Below are positions 1-9,915 of a stretch of DNA of 64,000 bases, in pieces. Below the pieces are notes generated by a model, which was given only the letters and a program-made list of their open reading frames with translations, did not search any database and was not told the DNA's origin. The stretch is from contig CBDCOH010000002.1 of the NCBI GenBank assembly GCA_965219685.1, positions 2,688,001 to 2,752,000 on the forward strand. The letters are read 5' to 3'. The position numbers and the translations under genes are program-made. Each line of letters starts with the position of its first letter. Position 1 is the first letter of the stretch. This DNA comes from Candidatus Spongiisociaceae bacterium. GTDB taxonomy: Bacteria; Actinomycetota; Acidimicrobiia; Spongiisociales; Spongiisociaceae.

Positions 1-3000
1 GAATGTTGTCCCCCTTGACAATGGACTCGTATACCTTCACCCGGCCCAGCACGTCATCGGACTTGATGGTCAACAACTCCTGCAGCGCATAGGCGGCTCC
101 GTAGGCTTCCAAGGCCCATACCTCCATCTCTCCGAACCGCTGTCCCCCGAACTGAGCCTTCCCTCCCAGGGGCTGCTGGGTGATCATCGAATACGGACCC
201 GTCGAACGGGCGTGGAGCTTGTCGTCGACCAGGTGAACCAGCTTGAGTATGTAGAGGTAGCCGACGGTTATGGGTGTATCGAAGGCCAGTCCGGTGCGGC
301 CGTCGTACAGGATCGCCTTCCCGTCGTTGTCTATGAGACGGTCTCCGTCCCGGTTGGGCAGGCTGTTGGCGATGACCTTGGCGATCTCGTCCTCGCGGGC
401 TCCGTCGAATACCGGGGTCGCGACGCGGGACCAGGGAGGCATCCCGGCGGAGATCGGGCCGTCCGCGTTGAAACGCCTCCAACCCTGGGCGGCGGCCCAC
501 CCAAGGTGGGTCTCGAGTACCTGTCCCAGATTCATGCGGGAGGGAACACCCAGAGGCGAGAGGACGATGTCGACGGGTGTTCCGTCGGGGAGGAAGGGCA
601 TGTCCTCCTCGGGCAGGATCTTCGCGATCACACCCTTGTTCCCGTGACGGCCGGCCAGCTTGTCCCCCTCGGAGATCTTGCGCTGGCTGGCCACGTACAC
701 CCGCACCAGGTCGTTCACGCCGGGGGGCAGGTCGTCGTATCCCTCGGAGCGCCGGAACACCTTCACGTCGATCACCTTGCCGGTCTCTCCATGAGGAACC
801 TTGAGGGAGGAATCACGCACCTCGCGTGCCTTCTCCCCGAAGATGGCCCGCAGAAGCCGCTCCTCGGGGGTCATCTCCGTCTCCCCCTTGGGGGTCACCT
901 TCCCGACCAGGTAGTCGCCAGGGCCGACGTCGGCTCCAACGCGGATGATCCCCTCGTCGTCCAGGTCCCTGAGGACCTCTTCGGCGACGTTCGGGATGTC
1001 GCGGGTGATCTCCTCCGCCCCCAGCTTGGTGTCACGTGCATCGATCTCGTGCTCCTCGATATGGATCGATGTCAGCACGTCCTGTTTGACCAGGCGCTCG
1101 CTCAGCACGATGGCATCCTCGAAGTTATGACCCTTCCAGGGCATGAAGGCCGCCAGCAGGTTCTTGCCGAGCGCCAGTTCGCCGGCGTCGGTGGATGGCC
1201 CGTCGGCGATGACGGTGCCATTGGCGACCTGTTCTCCGATCACCACCAGCGGCTTCTGGTTGATCGACGTACCCTGATTGGAACGTTCGAACTTCCGCAA
1301 TGGGAAGCGGTGGGGCTCCCCGGTGGCGGACTCGACCACGACGATCTCGTCTCCCGTGACCGAGGTCACCACGCCGTCGATCCCGCAGATGATCAGATCA
1401 CCGGAGTCCTGGGCGGCTCTGGCCTCGACCCCGGTACCTACAAGGGGGGCTTCGGTCCGGAGTAGCGGGACGGCCTGGCGTTGCATGTTGGAGCCCATCA
1501 GCGCCCGGTTGGCGTCGTCGTGCTCCAGGAACGGTATGAGCGAGGTGGCGACCGAGACGATCTGCTTGGGGGATACGTCCATGTAGTCCACATCCTGGGG
1601 GCGGACCCGGTCGATGTCACCTCCGGCCCTGCGAACGAGCACCCGATCCCGGACGAAGGAGCCGTCGGGATTGAGAGCCGCGTTGGCTTGGGCTATAACG
1701 TACCGCTCCTCCTCGGATGCGGTCAGGTAGGTGATCGAATTGGTCACGCTGCCGTCCTCGACCTTCCGGTACGGAGTCTCGATGAAGCCAAAACGGTTGA
1801 CCCGGGCGTAGCTTGCGAGCGAGCCGATCAAGCCGATGTTCGGTCCCTCGGGAGTTTCGATCGGGCACATACGACCGTAGTGGGAAGGGTGGACGTCCCT
1901 CACCTCGAAGCCCGCCCGCTCCCGCGAGACCCCTCCCGGCCCGAGGGCTGACAACCGGCGCCGGTGGGTGAGGCCGGCCAGGGGGTTGGGCTGGTCCATG
2001 AACTGGCTGAGCTGACTGGACCCGAAGAACTCCTTGATCGAACCGACCACCGGCCGGATGTTGATGAGACTCTGCGGTGTGATGGAGTCGGGGTCCTGGG
2101 TGGTCATCCGCTCCCGGACCTGCCTCTCCATGCGGTTGAGCCCTACCCTGATCTGGTTCTGGACCAACTCGCCGACGGTGCGGACCCGCCGGTTCCCGAA
2201 ATGGTCCGTGTCGTCGGTCCGCACCGGTACGTCGTGACCGAGGGCGGTGGTCATGAGTTCCTTGCCCTCGTAAAGGTGGACCATGTACCGGATCGTGTCG
2301 ATCAGGTCGTCGTCGGCGAGCAATCCGTTGTCGGAGGCATGACCGTCGGGATTCTGGAACTTCTGGTTCACCTTGTAGCGCCCGACGTGGGTGAGGTCAT
2401 AGCGCTTCGGGTTCCTGAAAACGGACTGGATGAGACCGCGGGCCGACTCCACCGTGGTCGGCTCGCCAGGACGTTGCTTCCGGTACAGATCGAGCAGGGC
2501 CTCCTCCGGATCCTTGACCGGATCCCGCTCGAGGGTGTTGCGGATAACCTCGGCCCCGTCGAAAATCTCGATTATCTGCTCGTCCGTGTCCGCGACGCCG
2601 AGCGCCCGGATGAAGGCGGTCACGTACTGGCGGCGCTTGCGGTCCACCCTGACCCCGGCGGTATCCCGCTTGTCGATGTCGAACTGCATCCAAGCACCTT
2701 GCCCCGGGATGATCTTGGCGCCGAAGATGTCCTTGTCGGAGGTCTTGTCGATGGACTGATCGAAGTAGACACCGGGCGAGCGCACCAACTGGCTCACCAC
2801 CACCCGCTCCGTCCCGTTGATGATGAAGGTCCCGTTGCGGGTCATCATCGGAAAGTCGCCCAGGAACACTCTCTGCTCCTTGATCTCCCCGGTACCGCGG
2901 TTCACGAACCGGGCGATCACATGGAGAGGCTTGGAGTAACTGGTATCCCGCTCCTTGGCCTCCTCAACCGTCATCAGGGGCTCGCCGAAGTAGTGATCGC

Positions 3001-3184
3001 TCAAGTCCAAGGCAAGCGATCCGGAGAAGTCCTCGATAGGCGACAGCCGCTCGAAGATACGGCTCAGACCCTCCTCCAGAAACCACGAGAAGGACTCCTT
3101 CTGGACCGCGATCAGATCAGGCAACTCCAGCACTTCGGGGATCTTGGAGAACGACAGGCGCTCGTCGGCGTGAACTATGACCAA
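1..3184 (-). CDS. rpoB: DNA-directed RNA polymerase subunit beta (3' end lies beyond the window)
   Basis: Minus-strand frame from TTG at 3184 (AGGAGG upstream) reads [24 protein letters not shown] and later [35 protein letters not shown] and [25 protein letters not shown]. Not in the ORF track because it runs off the edge. Confidence 0.98.
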   Translation of the reverse strand, partial: MVIVHADERLSFSKIPEVLELPDLIAVQKESFSWFLEEGLSRIFERLSPIEDFSGSLALDLSDHYFGEPLMTVEEAKERDTSYSKPLHVIARFVNRGTGEIKEQRVFLGDFPMMTRNGTFIINGTERVVVSQLVRSPGVYFDQSIDKTSDKDIFGAKIIPGQGAWMQFDIDKRDTAGVRVDRKRRQYVTAFIRALGVADTDEQIIEIFDGAEVIRNTLERDPVKDPEEALLDLYRKQRPGEPTTVESARGLIQSVFRNPKRYDLTHVGRYKVNQKFQNPDGHASDNGLLADDDLIDTIRYMVHLYEGKELMTTALGHDVPVRTDDTDHFGNRRVRTVGELVQNQIRVGLNRMERQVRERMTTQDPDSITPQSLINIRPVVGSIKEFFGSSQLSQFMDQPNPLAGLTHRRRLSALGPGGVSRERAGFEVRDVHPSHYGRMCPIETPEGPNIGLIGSLASYARVNRFGFIETPYRKVEDGSVTNSITYLTASEEERYVIAQANAALNPDGSFVRDRVLVRRAGGDIDRVRPQDVDYMDVSPKQIVSVATSLIPFLEHDDANRALMGSNMQRQAVPLLRTEAPLVGTGVEARAAQDSGDLIICGIDGVVTSVTGDEIVVVESATGEPHRFPLRKFERSNQGTSINQKPLVVIGEQVANGTVIADGPSTDAGELALGKNLLAAFMPWKGHNFEDAIVLSERLVKQDVLTSIHIEEHEIDARDTKLGAEEITRDIPNVAEEVLRDLDDEGIIRVGADVGPGDYLVGKVTPKGETEMTPEERLLRAIFGEKAREVRDSSLKVPHGETGKVIDVKVFRRSEGYDDLPPGVNDLVRVYVASQRKISEGDKLAGRHGNKGVIAKILPEEDMPFLPDGTPVDIVLSPLGVPSRMNLGQVLETHLGWAAAQGWRRFNADGPISAGMPPWSRVATPVFDGAREDEIAKVIANSLPNRDGDRLIDNDGKAILYDGRTGLAFDTPITVGYLYILKLVHLVDDKLHARSTGPYSMITQQPLGGKAQFGGQRFGEMEVWALEAYGAAYALQELLTIKSDDVLGRVKVYESIVKGDNI

Positions 3185-3481
3185 AGCTTCCTCCTAGAGA
3201 ACTACCCGACCGGACCCGACCCGGTCTCTACGATGCACCCGGTCCCGAGTCCTTTCGCACTCCGACCGCCCTTGGCACAGACTGTTTCGCTCCGTCTTCG
3301 TCGGGGCTGACCCACCCCTGCTTCGGCGGCAACCGCCCTGGCAAGTGGAACGGCTTCACACACGGCAAAAGGCAGGATAGCGCGCGGCTAACCTGCCCTA
3401 CCGGGCTGAAGTGCGATTCAACTGGTATCGACGGACTCCCGTTGCATTTTCCTCCGGGCAAAACCGTCCACTTCTCGTCTG

Positions 3482-3510
3482 ATGCTAGAGGCGATGGCGA
3501 AGCCAGTCAA
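3482..3510 (-). promoter_or_regulatory. Candidate sigma-A promoter for rpoB
   Basis: Minus strand TTGACT (3510-3505), 17-bp spacer, TAGCAT (3487-3482); implies a ~290-nt 5' leader. Confidence 0.6.
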
Positions 3511-3574
3511 GCACTGATCAGGAGCCAGTGGTCGGCATCGCCAAGCGTACGAATGATACAAATCGTCACGATCC

Positions 3575-3615
3575 ACTAGCAACTAGCAACTAGCAACTAG
3601 CAACTAGCAACTAGC
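3575..3615. repeat. Heptamer tandem repeat (ACTAGCA)x5 plus partial, overlapping the rplL stop
   Basis: actagca repeated; on the minus strand it reads TAGTTGC starting at the rplL TAG. Confidence 0.95.
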
Positions 3616-3994
3616 GTATCTCTACGCTGCCTCCGACGGCCTCGATCTTGCCCTTGGCGGCCTCGGCCTCCTCCTTGGAGACCGCCTCGAGCACGGTGTT
3701 GGGGATGCCGTCCACGACCGCCTTGGCCTCCTTGAGGCCGAGACGGGTGAGAGCGCGGACCTCCTTGATCACCTGGATCTTCTTGTCTCCCGAGGAGGTG
3801 AGCACGACGTCGAACTCCACCTGTTCCTCTTCGGGCTCGGCGGACGCGTCCTCGCCGGGCGCCATGGCAACCGCCATCGAAGCCGCCGCGGTCACATCGA
3901 AGTGACTCTCGAAGGCGTCCAAGAACTCTTTGAGCTCGAGGACCGTCATCTCCTCGAAAACGCTCAACAAGTCTGCGGTACTCATCGTGGCCAT
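3611..3994 (-). CDS. rplL: 50S ribosomal protein L7/L12
   Basis: EFDVVL...[21 protein letters not shown] motif; position next to rplJ. Confidence 0.98.
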   Translation of the reverse strand: MATMSTADLLSVFEEMTVLELKEFLDAFESHFDVTAAASMAVAMAPGEDASAEPEEEQVEFDVVLTSSGDKKIQVIKEVRALTRLGLKEAKAVVDGIPNTVLEAVSKEEAEAAKGKIEAVGGSVEIR

Positions 3995-4027
3995 GGTTCT
4001 CCTCCTGCGTGGGTGGTTTCCAGTGGT

Positions 4028-4582
4028 TTAGGGGGAATCGGACCCGGATACGGATCCGCCCTCCCCTGCTTCCTTCTTCTCGAGTAGTTGAGAGAACACG
4101 GAGGCGGCTTCGCGGCTGAGCGAACCCAGAAGGAACGCCGCCTTGGAAAGCGGTCCCTTCACTGCCCCGGCGATCTTCCCGAGTAGTGCCTCGCGGCCCT
4201 CGATCCTGGCGATGACCTCGATCTGGTGGGAGGCGATCACCTGGTCCTTCAGCAGCCCGGCCTTGACCACCAGGCCCTCGTTGTCCTTCCCGAAGTCCAC
4301 CAGAGCCTTGGCGGCGGGAACCGGATCATCGTCTACAAAAGCAACGGCGGTAGGGCCGGTCAACCATTCGTCGAGACCCTCATGACCGAGTTCGTGCAGT
4401 GCCCTGCGCGTGAGGGTCATCTTCAACACCTTGTAACGGGCGCCGGCCTCCCCGAGGGCGCGACGGAGTTCTTGCTGGCGAGCGACCGTCAGGCCGCGGT
4501 ACTCGGTGAGGAACGACGCCGAGGAACCGGCGAAGTAGTCCTTGATCTCTGCAACCGCCTTAACCTTCTCCGGTCGTGGCAT
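4028..4582 (-). CDS. rplJ: 50S ribosomal protein L10
   Basis: MPRPEKVKAVAEI...TEYRGLTV...GPTAVAF; synteny. Confidence 0.97.
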   Translation of the reverse strand: MPRPEKVKAVAEIKDYFAGSSASFLTEYRGLTVARQQELRRALGEAGARYKVLKMTLTRRALHELGHEGLDEWLTGPTAVAFVDDDPVPAAKALVDFGKDNEGLVVKAGLLKDQVIASHQIEVIARIEGREALLGKIAGAVKGPLSKAAFLLGSLSREAASVFSQLLEKKEAGEGGSVSGSDSP

Positions 4583-4681
4583 GAATCCTCCGCAGTCTTG
4601 GTGGCAGCGCCTGTGGTGGTATCAAGGCGAGCACCCTCCGATGAGCGAGACAGACGAGGGTACCCGAGAGACATCTCGAAT

Positions 4682-4770
4682 CAACCTCGGCAGGCGGATC
4701 CGTGTGGATCCCTTAAACCTTCAGAGCGGGAGTCGTCCCGTACCGCGGGTTACCGGCTGTCTGCGGCCCA
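4682..4770 (-). ncRNA. L10 leader (r-protein autoregulatory RNA)
   Basis: Minus strand CCGCAGACAGCCGGT...TTTAAG...CCTGCCGAGGTT upstream of rplJ resembles the L10-leader consensus. Confidence 0.75.
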
Positions 4771-4832
4771 TGGTTCCGGAACCTCTCCGGAGCCGTGCCG
4801 CAGCATAGACGGACGATGCGCGAAGGCCAAGT

Positions 4833-4913
4833 TGGTGGGTGGTGAATGGTGAGTGGTGAGTGGTGAATGGTGAGTGGTGAAGGCTCTACACACCACCAAT
4901 CACCAACTACCGA
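4833..4913. repeat. Bipartite heptamer array: (TGGTGRR)x7 left arm and CCACCAA-TCACCAA-CTACCGA right arm
   Basis: Left arm 4833-4881; right arm 4893-4913 includes the rplA stop; the arms are complementary. Confidence 0.9.
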
Positions 4914-5617
4914 CGCACTAGGCGATCAAGCCGGGAAGCGTCGACTTTCACTCCCGGACCCATGGTCGACGAGAGGGCGAGGTTCCTCAGATAGGTTCCC
5001 TTGGCAGCGGGCGGTTTTACCCTGACAATCTCGCCCACCAGAGCGGAGAGATTCTCGTGGAGCATGGCATCGTCGAACGAGACTTTCCCGATCGGGGCTG
5101 CGATGTTGCCGTAGCGGTCGTTCCGGTACTCGATCTTCCCGCCCTTGAACTCCCGCACGGTCCGGGCCACATCGCGAGTAATGGTGCCGGCCTTCGGGTT
5201 GGGCATGAGACCGCGGGGACCCAGCAGCCGCCCCAGGCGGCCCACCCTCGGCATCATGTCCGGGGTGGCGATAGCCACGTCGAAGGCGATCTCGCCCCCA
5301 GATGCGAGCATGTCGGCCAGATCCTGCCCGCCCACGACTTCGGCCCCGGCCTCCTCGGCCTCGAATTGCTTGTCCCCCCCTGCGAACACCGCAACGCGGA
5401 CCGAGCGGCCCGTTCCGTGCGGGAGGACGACCGTTCCCCTGACCAACTGGTCTGCCCTGCGAGGGTCGATTCCCAGCTTCATCACTGCCTCTACCGTCTC
5501 GTCGAAGCGGGCCGACGCCATGGTCCGGACCATCCGTATGGCTTCCGAGGGCGGGTAGGACAGGTACTTGTCGAACGTCGCGGCCATCTGGTTGTACCGC
5601 TTGCCTCTGCGGGCCAT
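4907..5617 (-). CDS. rplA: 50S ribosomal protein L1
   Basis: MARRGKRY...FDETVE...LPHGTG...[13 protein letters not shown]; ATG at 5617 with AAGGAGG SD. Confidence 0.98.
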   Translation of the reverse strand: MARRGKRYNQMAATFDKYLSYPPSEAIRMVRTMASARFDETVEAVMKLGIDPRRADQLVRGTVVLPHGTGRSVRVAVFAGGDKQFEAEEAGAEVVGGQDLADMLASGGEIAFDVAIATPDMMPRVGRLGRLLGPRGLMPNPKAGTITRDVARTVREFKGGKIEYRNDRYGNIAAPIGKVSFDDAMLHENLSALVGEIVRVKPPAAKGTYLRNLALSSTMGPGVKVDASRLDRLVRR

Positions 5618-5635
5618 GGTTCCTCCTTGTGGTGT

Positions 5636-5682
5636 TAGTGGTCTGCCTGCAAAACAACCTGTCGTGCCCTGCCAGCCAGGGA
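5636..5682 (-). promoter_or_regulatory. Possible L1-binding regulatory site before rplA
   Basis: TGGCAGG...GGCAGACCA stem with internal loop directly upstream of the rplA SD, in a long rplK-rplA spacer. Confidence 0.35.
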
Positions 5683-5844
5683 CGCCCCCGGCGGCGCATG
5701 CCACGACGCGATTTCACAGACAAAACCACTGGCGCCCCTGTCGGCCGAATGTCTTGGCATGCAACCGACGGACCACCGGCGAGCCGCCATGCAGCGGCTC
5801 TCCCAGCTATCTGTAACTTGTAGTGTCGGTCGAGCCCGACTGAC

Positions 5845-6273
5845 TCAGTCTGCGATGACGATCCCCATCGACCGGGCGGTACCGGCCACGATCTTCATCG
5901 CTCCCTCGACATCCGTCGTATTGAGATCGGGGAGCTTGGTCTCGGCGATCTGGCGAAGCTGATCCCGGGAAAGCGTGGCGACCTTCTCCCGGTTGGGCTC
6001 CGGAGAGCCCTTCTCGATCCTGGCCGCCTGCCGCAGCAGAACCGCGGCGGGCGGTGTCTTCGTCACGAACGTGAAGGACCGGTCGGCGTATATCGTAACC
6101 TCAGCCGGAACGATGGTCCCCAACTGGGTCTTGGTCGCCTCGTTGTAGGACCTGACGAACTCCATGATGTTTATCCCGTACTGGCCTAGCGCCGGACCGA
6201 CCGGCGGCGCGGGGCTGGCCTCCCCTGCCGGAATCTGGAGTTTCAGGATGGCTGTAACCCGTTTTCTACCCAT
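5845..6273 (-). CDS. rplK: 50S ribosomal protein L11
   Basis: [21 protein letters not shown]...GTARSMGI. Confidence 0.98.
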   Translation of the reverse strand: MGRKRVTAILKLQIPAGEASPAPPVGPALGQYGINIMEFVRSYNEATKTQLGTIVPAEVTIYADRSFTFVTKTPPAAVLLRQAARIEKGSPEPNREKVATLSRDQLRQIAETKLPDLNTTDVEGAMKIVAGTARSMGIVIAD

Positions 6274-6349
6274 GATGGCCGATGTCCTTCGATCTTCCTC
6301 TTCAGTGTTCGGTGTGGAGCATCCCGGTCAAAAGGCCCGAGCCGCCCGC

Positions 6350-7198
6350 TCATTGCTTCTGGATCTCCTCGAATCCCAACTCCATCGGAGTGTCCCGGCC
6401 GAAGATCTCGACGAGCACGGTGACCTTCTGCCGATCGACGTTGATATCCTCAACCACTCCGTTGAAGTCGGCGAACGGACCCGATGAAACCCGCACCGTC
6501 TCCCCGATCTCCCATGCCGGCCGGAAACGAGGGGGCTTCTTGGCCGCCTCCTTCTTGAGACCGAGGAAGCGCTCGACCTCTCGCTTCGACAGGGAGGTCG
6601 GCTTGTTTCCTGTCCCCATCCCGACGAACGAGGTGACGCCCGGCGTGTTGCGAACTGCATGCCAGGAGTCGTCGTCCAGGTACATCCGGATGAGTAGGTA
6701 ACCGGGGAACATCCGCTTCTCAACCTCGACCTTGCGTCCCCCTTTGATCTCCACCACCTTCTCGGTCGGTATCACGACCTCGAAGATCCGGTCCTCCATG
6801 TGCATGGACGATGTACGAGTGGCCAGTCTCGCCTTGACCTTCTTCTCGTAGCCCGAATAAGCGTGGATCACGTACCAGGAACCCGGCTTGTCATACGGGC
6901 TGATCGGCTCCTCCTCGACCAGCTCCGCGACCTCGGTCGTGGCGGGTGGCTCGACGACTGGCTTGGGCTTGGCCGGCCGGGGCTTGGAGACCGTGCGGGG
7001 CTTGACAGCAGGTGCGGCGGTGGGATCCGGTTCAGGCGCTTGCGGCACCTCAGGCGGCACTTCCGGCAAGGAGCCATCGCTACCGAACCCTGCCGACAGC
7101 AGGGCCGCCCCCAGGGAGCCTACCGCTTCCTCCCCAGCCTCCCCTTGGGGCTCAGCGTCGAGGTCCTCGTCGACCGGAGGATGGGTACGGTCCGCCAC
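6350..7198 (-). CDS. nusG: Transcription termination/antitermination factor NusG with ~105-aa low-complexity N-terminal extension
   Basis: WYVIHAYSGYEKKVK...FPGYLLIRM...VRNTPGVTSFVG and KOW GPFADFNGVV. Confidence 0.96.
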   Translation of the reverse strand: MADRTHPPVDEDLDAEPQGEAGEEAVGSLGAALLSAGFGSDGSLPEVPPEVPQAPEPDPTAAPAVKPRTVSKPRPAKPKPVVEPPATTEVAELVEEEPISPYDKPGSWYVIHAYSGYEKKVKARLATRTSSMHMEDRIFEVVIPTEKVVEIKGGRKVEVEKRMFPGYLLIRMYLDDDSWHAVRNTPGVTSFVGMGTGNKPTSLSKREVERFLGLKKEAAKKPPRFRPAWEIGETVRVSSGPFADFNGVVEDINVDRQKVTVLVEIFGRDTPMELGFEEIQKQ

Positions 7199-7200
7199 GC

Positions 7201-7521
7201 CTAACCCGTCAATTCTCGGATCAGGGCCAGCACCGTGCGGCTGAACGCCAAGTCGACAACGAACACGTAGCCGGTCAGCACCCCCGCCGTCACGACCGTG
7301 ACCGCGGTGAAAGCGACCATCTGCTGGCGGCTTGGCCAGCCGACGCGACTGAGTTCGACCCGTACTTCGCGAAGGAACTGCACGAGGCGCGCCAAGCGGC
7401 CCCGTGGCTGGCCACCTTGACCCCCGGACCCTCCAACGATCGGAGAACGACGGCTCCGGGTGTCCTTCTGTTTGCTGCGTCGCTCCTCCCGCTCGGCGAG
7501 CCGACGCATCTCGCGGTTCAT
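7201..7521 (-). CDS. secE: Preprotein translocase subunit SecE
   Basis: FLREVRVELSRVGWPSR plus one TM helix; lies between tRNA-Trp and nusG; start chosen at MNREMRR. Confidence 0.92.
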   Translation of the reverse strand: MNREMRRLAEREERRSKQKDTRSRRSPIVGGSGGQGGQPRGRLARLVQFLREVRVELSRVGWPSRQQMVAFTAVTVVTAGVLTGYVFVVDLAFSRTVLALIRELTG

Positions 7522-7573
7522 ATCGATTCCTGTCCTATGTGGTTCCACCGGCGGGTTTCGCCGCGAACGAGTG

Positions 7574-7651
7574 TGGCAGGGGCGGAGGGATTCGAACCCC
7601 CAACCTCCGGTTTTGGAGACCGGCGCTCTAACCAGTTCGAGCTACGCCCCT
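7574..7651 (-). tRNA. tRNA-Trp (CCA)
   Basis: AGGGGCGTAGCTCGAACTGGTTAGAGCGCCGGTCTCCAAAACCGGAGGTTGGGGGTTCGAATCCCTCCGCCCCTGCCA. Confidence 0.97.
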
Positions 7652-7666
7652 CAGCCGTGGGGGGTG

Positions 7667-7696
7667 AGTATACGAAGAGGTCGGCCCCAGTGTAAA
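7667..7696 (-). promoter_or_regulatory. Candidate sigma-A promoter for tRNA-Trp/secE/nusG
   Basis: TTTACA-18 bp-TATACT on the minus strand just upstream of the tRNA. Confidence 0.55.
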
Positions 7697-7705
7697 CCGA
7701 GTGCC

Positions 7706-7818
7706 GGTTGTCCGTTGTCGGTTGCCCGTCGGGTGACCGGGCAGCGCGGGGAGTGCCGTGGCACTCCGAGCATGTCAGGGGTCAGCGGAGGCATACCGCT
7801 GGCAACCGGCAACCGGCT
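7706..7818. repeat. Bipartite heptamer array: GGTTGTC-CGTTGTC-GGTTGCC left arm and (GGCAACC)x2 right arm
   Basis: Left 7706-7726, right 7801-7814 next to the anti-sigma stop (7819); arms complementary. Confidence 0.7.
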
Positions 7819-8220
7819 TCAGCTCGCCTGGGATCTGAGCCGGCGGCCCGCCACGACGACCAGTCCGATAGCGGCGACCGACGCGGCCGAGGCGATGGCG
7901 GCCACCAATGGACGGCGCCTGTCAGCCGGCATATCGGCGGGATCGTCGTCCGTGACCTGGATCGTGGGTTGGTCGAGAACCGACGTCATGTCGTAGGGAA
8001 GGGGCTCGAACTCCTGCCGTAGAGACGCTAGGCCCCTCATCACCTGGCGCTGGCGAACTGTCGCGGCCTGGCAGAGCAGGCACTCACTTCGGTGCCGCTC
8101 GAGCGGCTGGGGCAAGGTGATCGTTCCCGACTCCACTCCATACAGCACCAAGCGGGTCATCCTGCAAGCCGCTCCCCGAGGCAACCGGTCCGTGGCCGTC
8201 TTAGCAAGAGGTTGGCTCAC
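7819..8220 (-). CDS. Putative zinc-binding (ZAS) anti-sigma factor with C-terminal TM helix
   Basis: HRSECLLC (HxxxCxxC); hydrophobic C-terminus; overlaps the ECF sigma stop. Confidence 0.7.
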   Translation of the reverse strand: MSQPLAKTATDRLPRGAACRMTRLVLYGVESGTITLPQPLERHRSECLLCQAATVRQRQVMRGLASLRQEFEPLPYDMTSVLDQPTIQVTDDDPADMPADRRRPLVAAIASAASVAAIGLVVVAGRRLRSQAS

Positions 8221-8780
8221 ACCACCCCCCTCAACATATCCCGCAGGCGGAGATGAGCCCGGTGAAGTCGTACCTTGGAAGCTGCCACAGAGATGGACAT
8301 CGAGTCAGCGATCTCGCGGTGCGACCACCCGTAGACGTCCTTGAGTATGACGATGGCCCTCTGGTGGTGGGGTAAGCGGCTCAGCGCAGCCTTCAGGTTG
8401 GCTCTCAACTCAGCCCGCTCGCCGGCAACCTCGGGATTCCCGCTGGCATCCGCATGGGGCTGGCGGATCATCTGGTCTAGGTCGTAGGTGGCCTGGCGCG
8501 CCGCCCGGCCCTTGAGTGTCCAGGCAACGTTAGCCGTGATCCGATAGATCCAGGTGCTGAAGCTGGAATCCCCCCGGAACCGGCCGATGGCTCTCCATGC
8601 CCGCACCAGCGCCTCCTGGGTGACATCTGCGGCCAGGGTTCGATCCCCGACCAAGCGAACCGCCAATGTGTAAACCTCGTGTTGGTGAAGCCGAGCGAGT
8701 TCTCCGAATGCGGCCCGATCACCCTTTCTTGACCGTTCCACCAACTCGCCTATATCGGCTTCGACCCGTCGACCTGACAT
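8217..8780 (-). CDS. ECF RNA polymerase sigma factor (sigma-70 group 4)
   Basis: GDRAAFGEL...ADVTQEALVRAWRAIGRFRGDSSFSTWIYRIT; region 4 SHREIADSMSISVAASKVRLHRA. Confidence 0.95.
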   Translation of the reverse strand: MSGRRVEADIGELVERSRKGDRAAFGELARLHQHEVYTLAVRLVGDRTLAADVTQEALVRAWRAIGRFRGDSSFSTWIYRITANVAWTLKGRAARQATYDLDQMIRQPHADASGNPEVAGERAELRANLKAALSRLPHHQRAIVILKDVYGWSHREIADSMSISVAASKVRLHRAHLRLRDMLRGVV

Positions 8781-8800
8781 CTGGTTACAGGCTCCCGCTC

Positions 8801-9670
8801 CTAGCCGGTCCTGGCCGTGATGGTAGCAACAACATGTGTCCCGGCGTCTGAGACGACGGCCGTCTTGATAGCGGCTCGGCCGCCGGAACAGTCATCGACG
8901 GCTGCCGTCACCTCTGCCGCCGTATCCGGATAGAGGGGGCGCCGGAAACGAAAACGACCACTGACCAACGGATCCAAGCGATCGATCACCGCCGCGGCGG
9001 GCTGGGTGGCCCACGCAGCCATCAGCAGGCCGTGACAAATGACACCCCCTACTCCGGAGGCAACGCCCCGACCGTGATCCCAGTGGACCGGGTTGAAGTC
9101 CTCGCTGGCAGCCGCATAGCGCACGAGGTCGGAGCGCGAAGCCGACTTGGGAAGCCCGGGCAGGGCAGTCCCGGGAGTCAACGTCCCCCCTCCGGCCGGT
9201 CGAGCATTCGCCCGACGAGCCTCCGGCTCGGGTTCCTCCCGCTCCTCCGACCCGCCACCAGGCGGCACGCCGGCCGACATGAGGAAGAGCGACCTCGATG
9301 ACAGCACGCCCTGGTCCCGGTCATCCTTCACATCCACCACGAAGGTGACGAACGCTGTGTCACCGCGGCGGCGCAGGCGGTCCACCCTGCCCTCGATCGA
9401 AAGCGAAGAGCCTACCCGCCAGGGCGCCAACCAGGAGAAGGTCTGCTCGCCATGGATGAGCAGGCGCGCATGTGTCGACACGTCGGGGTCGGCGAAGAAC
9501 GCAGGCGCCGCCTTGAAGAGGACAGCCCCCGCGAACGAGGGTGGTGCATGGGTGTCCCACCGTCGCGGATCATCGCCAGTGGCTTCCACGTATGCGGCAA
9601 CTTGCGCAGCACTGACCCGGAATGCGAAGGGTCCATAGGAGCGACCTGAGAGGGCCCCGAGATCACTCAA
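8801..9670 (-). CDS. Double hot-dog MaoC-family dehydratase (HadA/HadB-like fusion)
   Basis: N-terminal LIHGEQTF; C-terminal RYAAASEDFNPVHWD...VICHGLL hydratase motif; same locus as mycobacterial hadABC. Confidence 0.85.
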   Translation of the reverse strand: MSDLGALSGRSYGPFAFRVSAAQVAAYVEATGDDPRRWDTHAPPSFAGAVLFKAAPAFFADPDVSTHARLLIHGEQTFSWLAPWRVGSSLSIEGRVDRLRRRGDTAFVTFVVDVKDDRDQGVLSSRSLFLMSAGVPPGGGSEEREEPEPEARRANARPAGGGTLTPGTALPGLPKSASRSDLVRYAAASEDFNPVHWDHGRGVASGVGGVICHGLLMAAWATQPAAAVIDRLDPLVSGRFRFRRPLYPDTAAEVTAAVDDCSGGRAAIKTAVVSDAGTHVVATITARTG

Positions 9671-9680
9671 CTCCTACGGC

Positions 9681-9863
9681 CTACCGTATCTCGCGATGGA
9701 GGGTGTGACGTCGTAGGAATGGATTGTACTTCTTGAGTTCCAGCCTGCTCCGCGTGTTATTACGGTTCTTGGTGGTTATGTAACGGGACGGCGGCTTACC
9801 TTCGCCCCGTGCCTCTGTGCACTCAAGTGTTATCTTGATTCGGCTGCCCTTTTTCTTGGCCAT
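9681..9863 (-). CDS. rpmG: 50S ribosomal protein L33, zinc-free (C-) type
   Basis: [10 protein letters not shown]...[10 protein letters not shown]...[21 protein letters not shown]. Confidence 0.95.
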   Translation of the reverse strand: MAKKKGSRIKITLECTEARGEGKPPSRYITTKNRNNTRSRLELKKYNPFLRRHTLHREIR

Positions 9864-9915
9864 GGCACCCTTCCCACTCCTTCAGTATCCAGTTCCGAGG
9901 ACTCCCAGCCTCCCG

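Noticed and set aside
1930-2030. Rifampicin-resistance substitutions in RpoB cluster I
   Set aside because: The key Asp, His and Ser residues (E. coli 516/526/531) are wild type; the Ala at 522 is a common natural variant.
212-3310. Long plus-strand ORFs (417, 156, 448 aa)
   Set aside because: Antisense shadows of rpoB, whose true frame is missing from the track because it is cut by the window edge.
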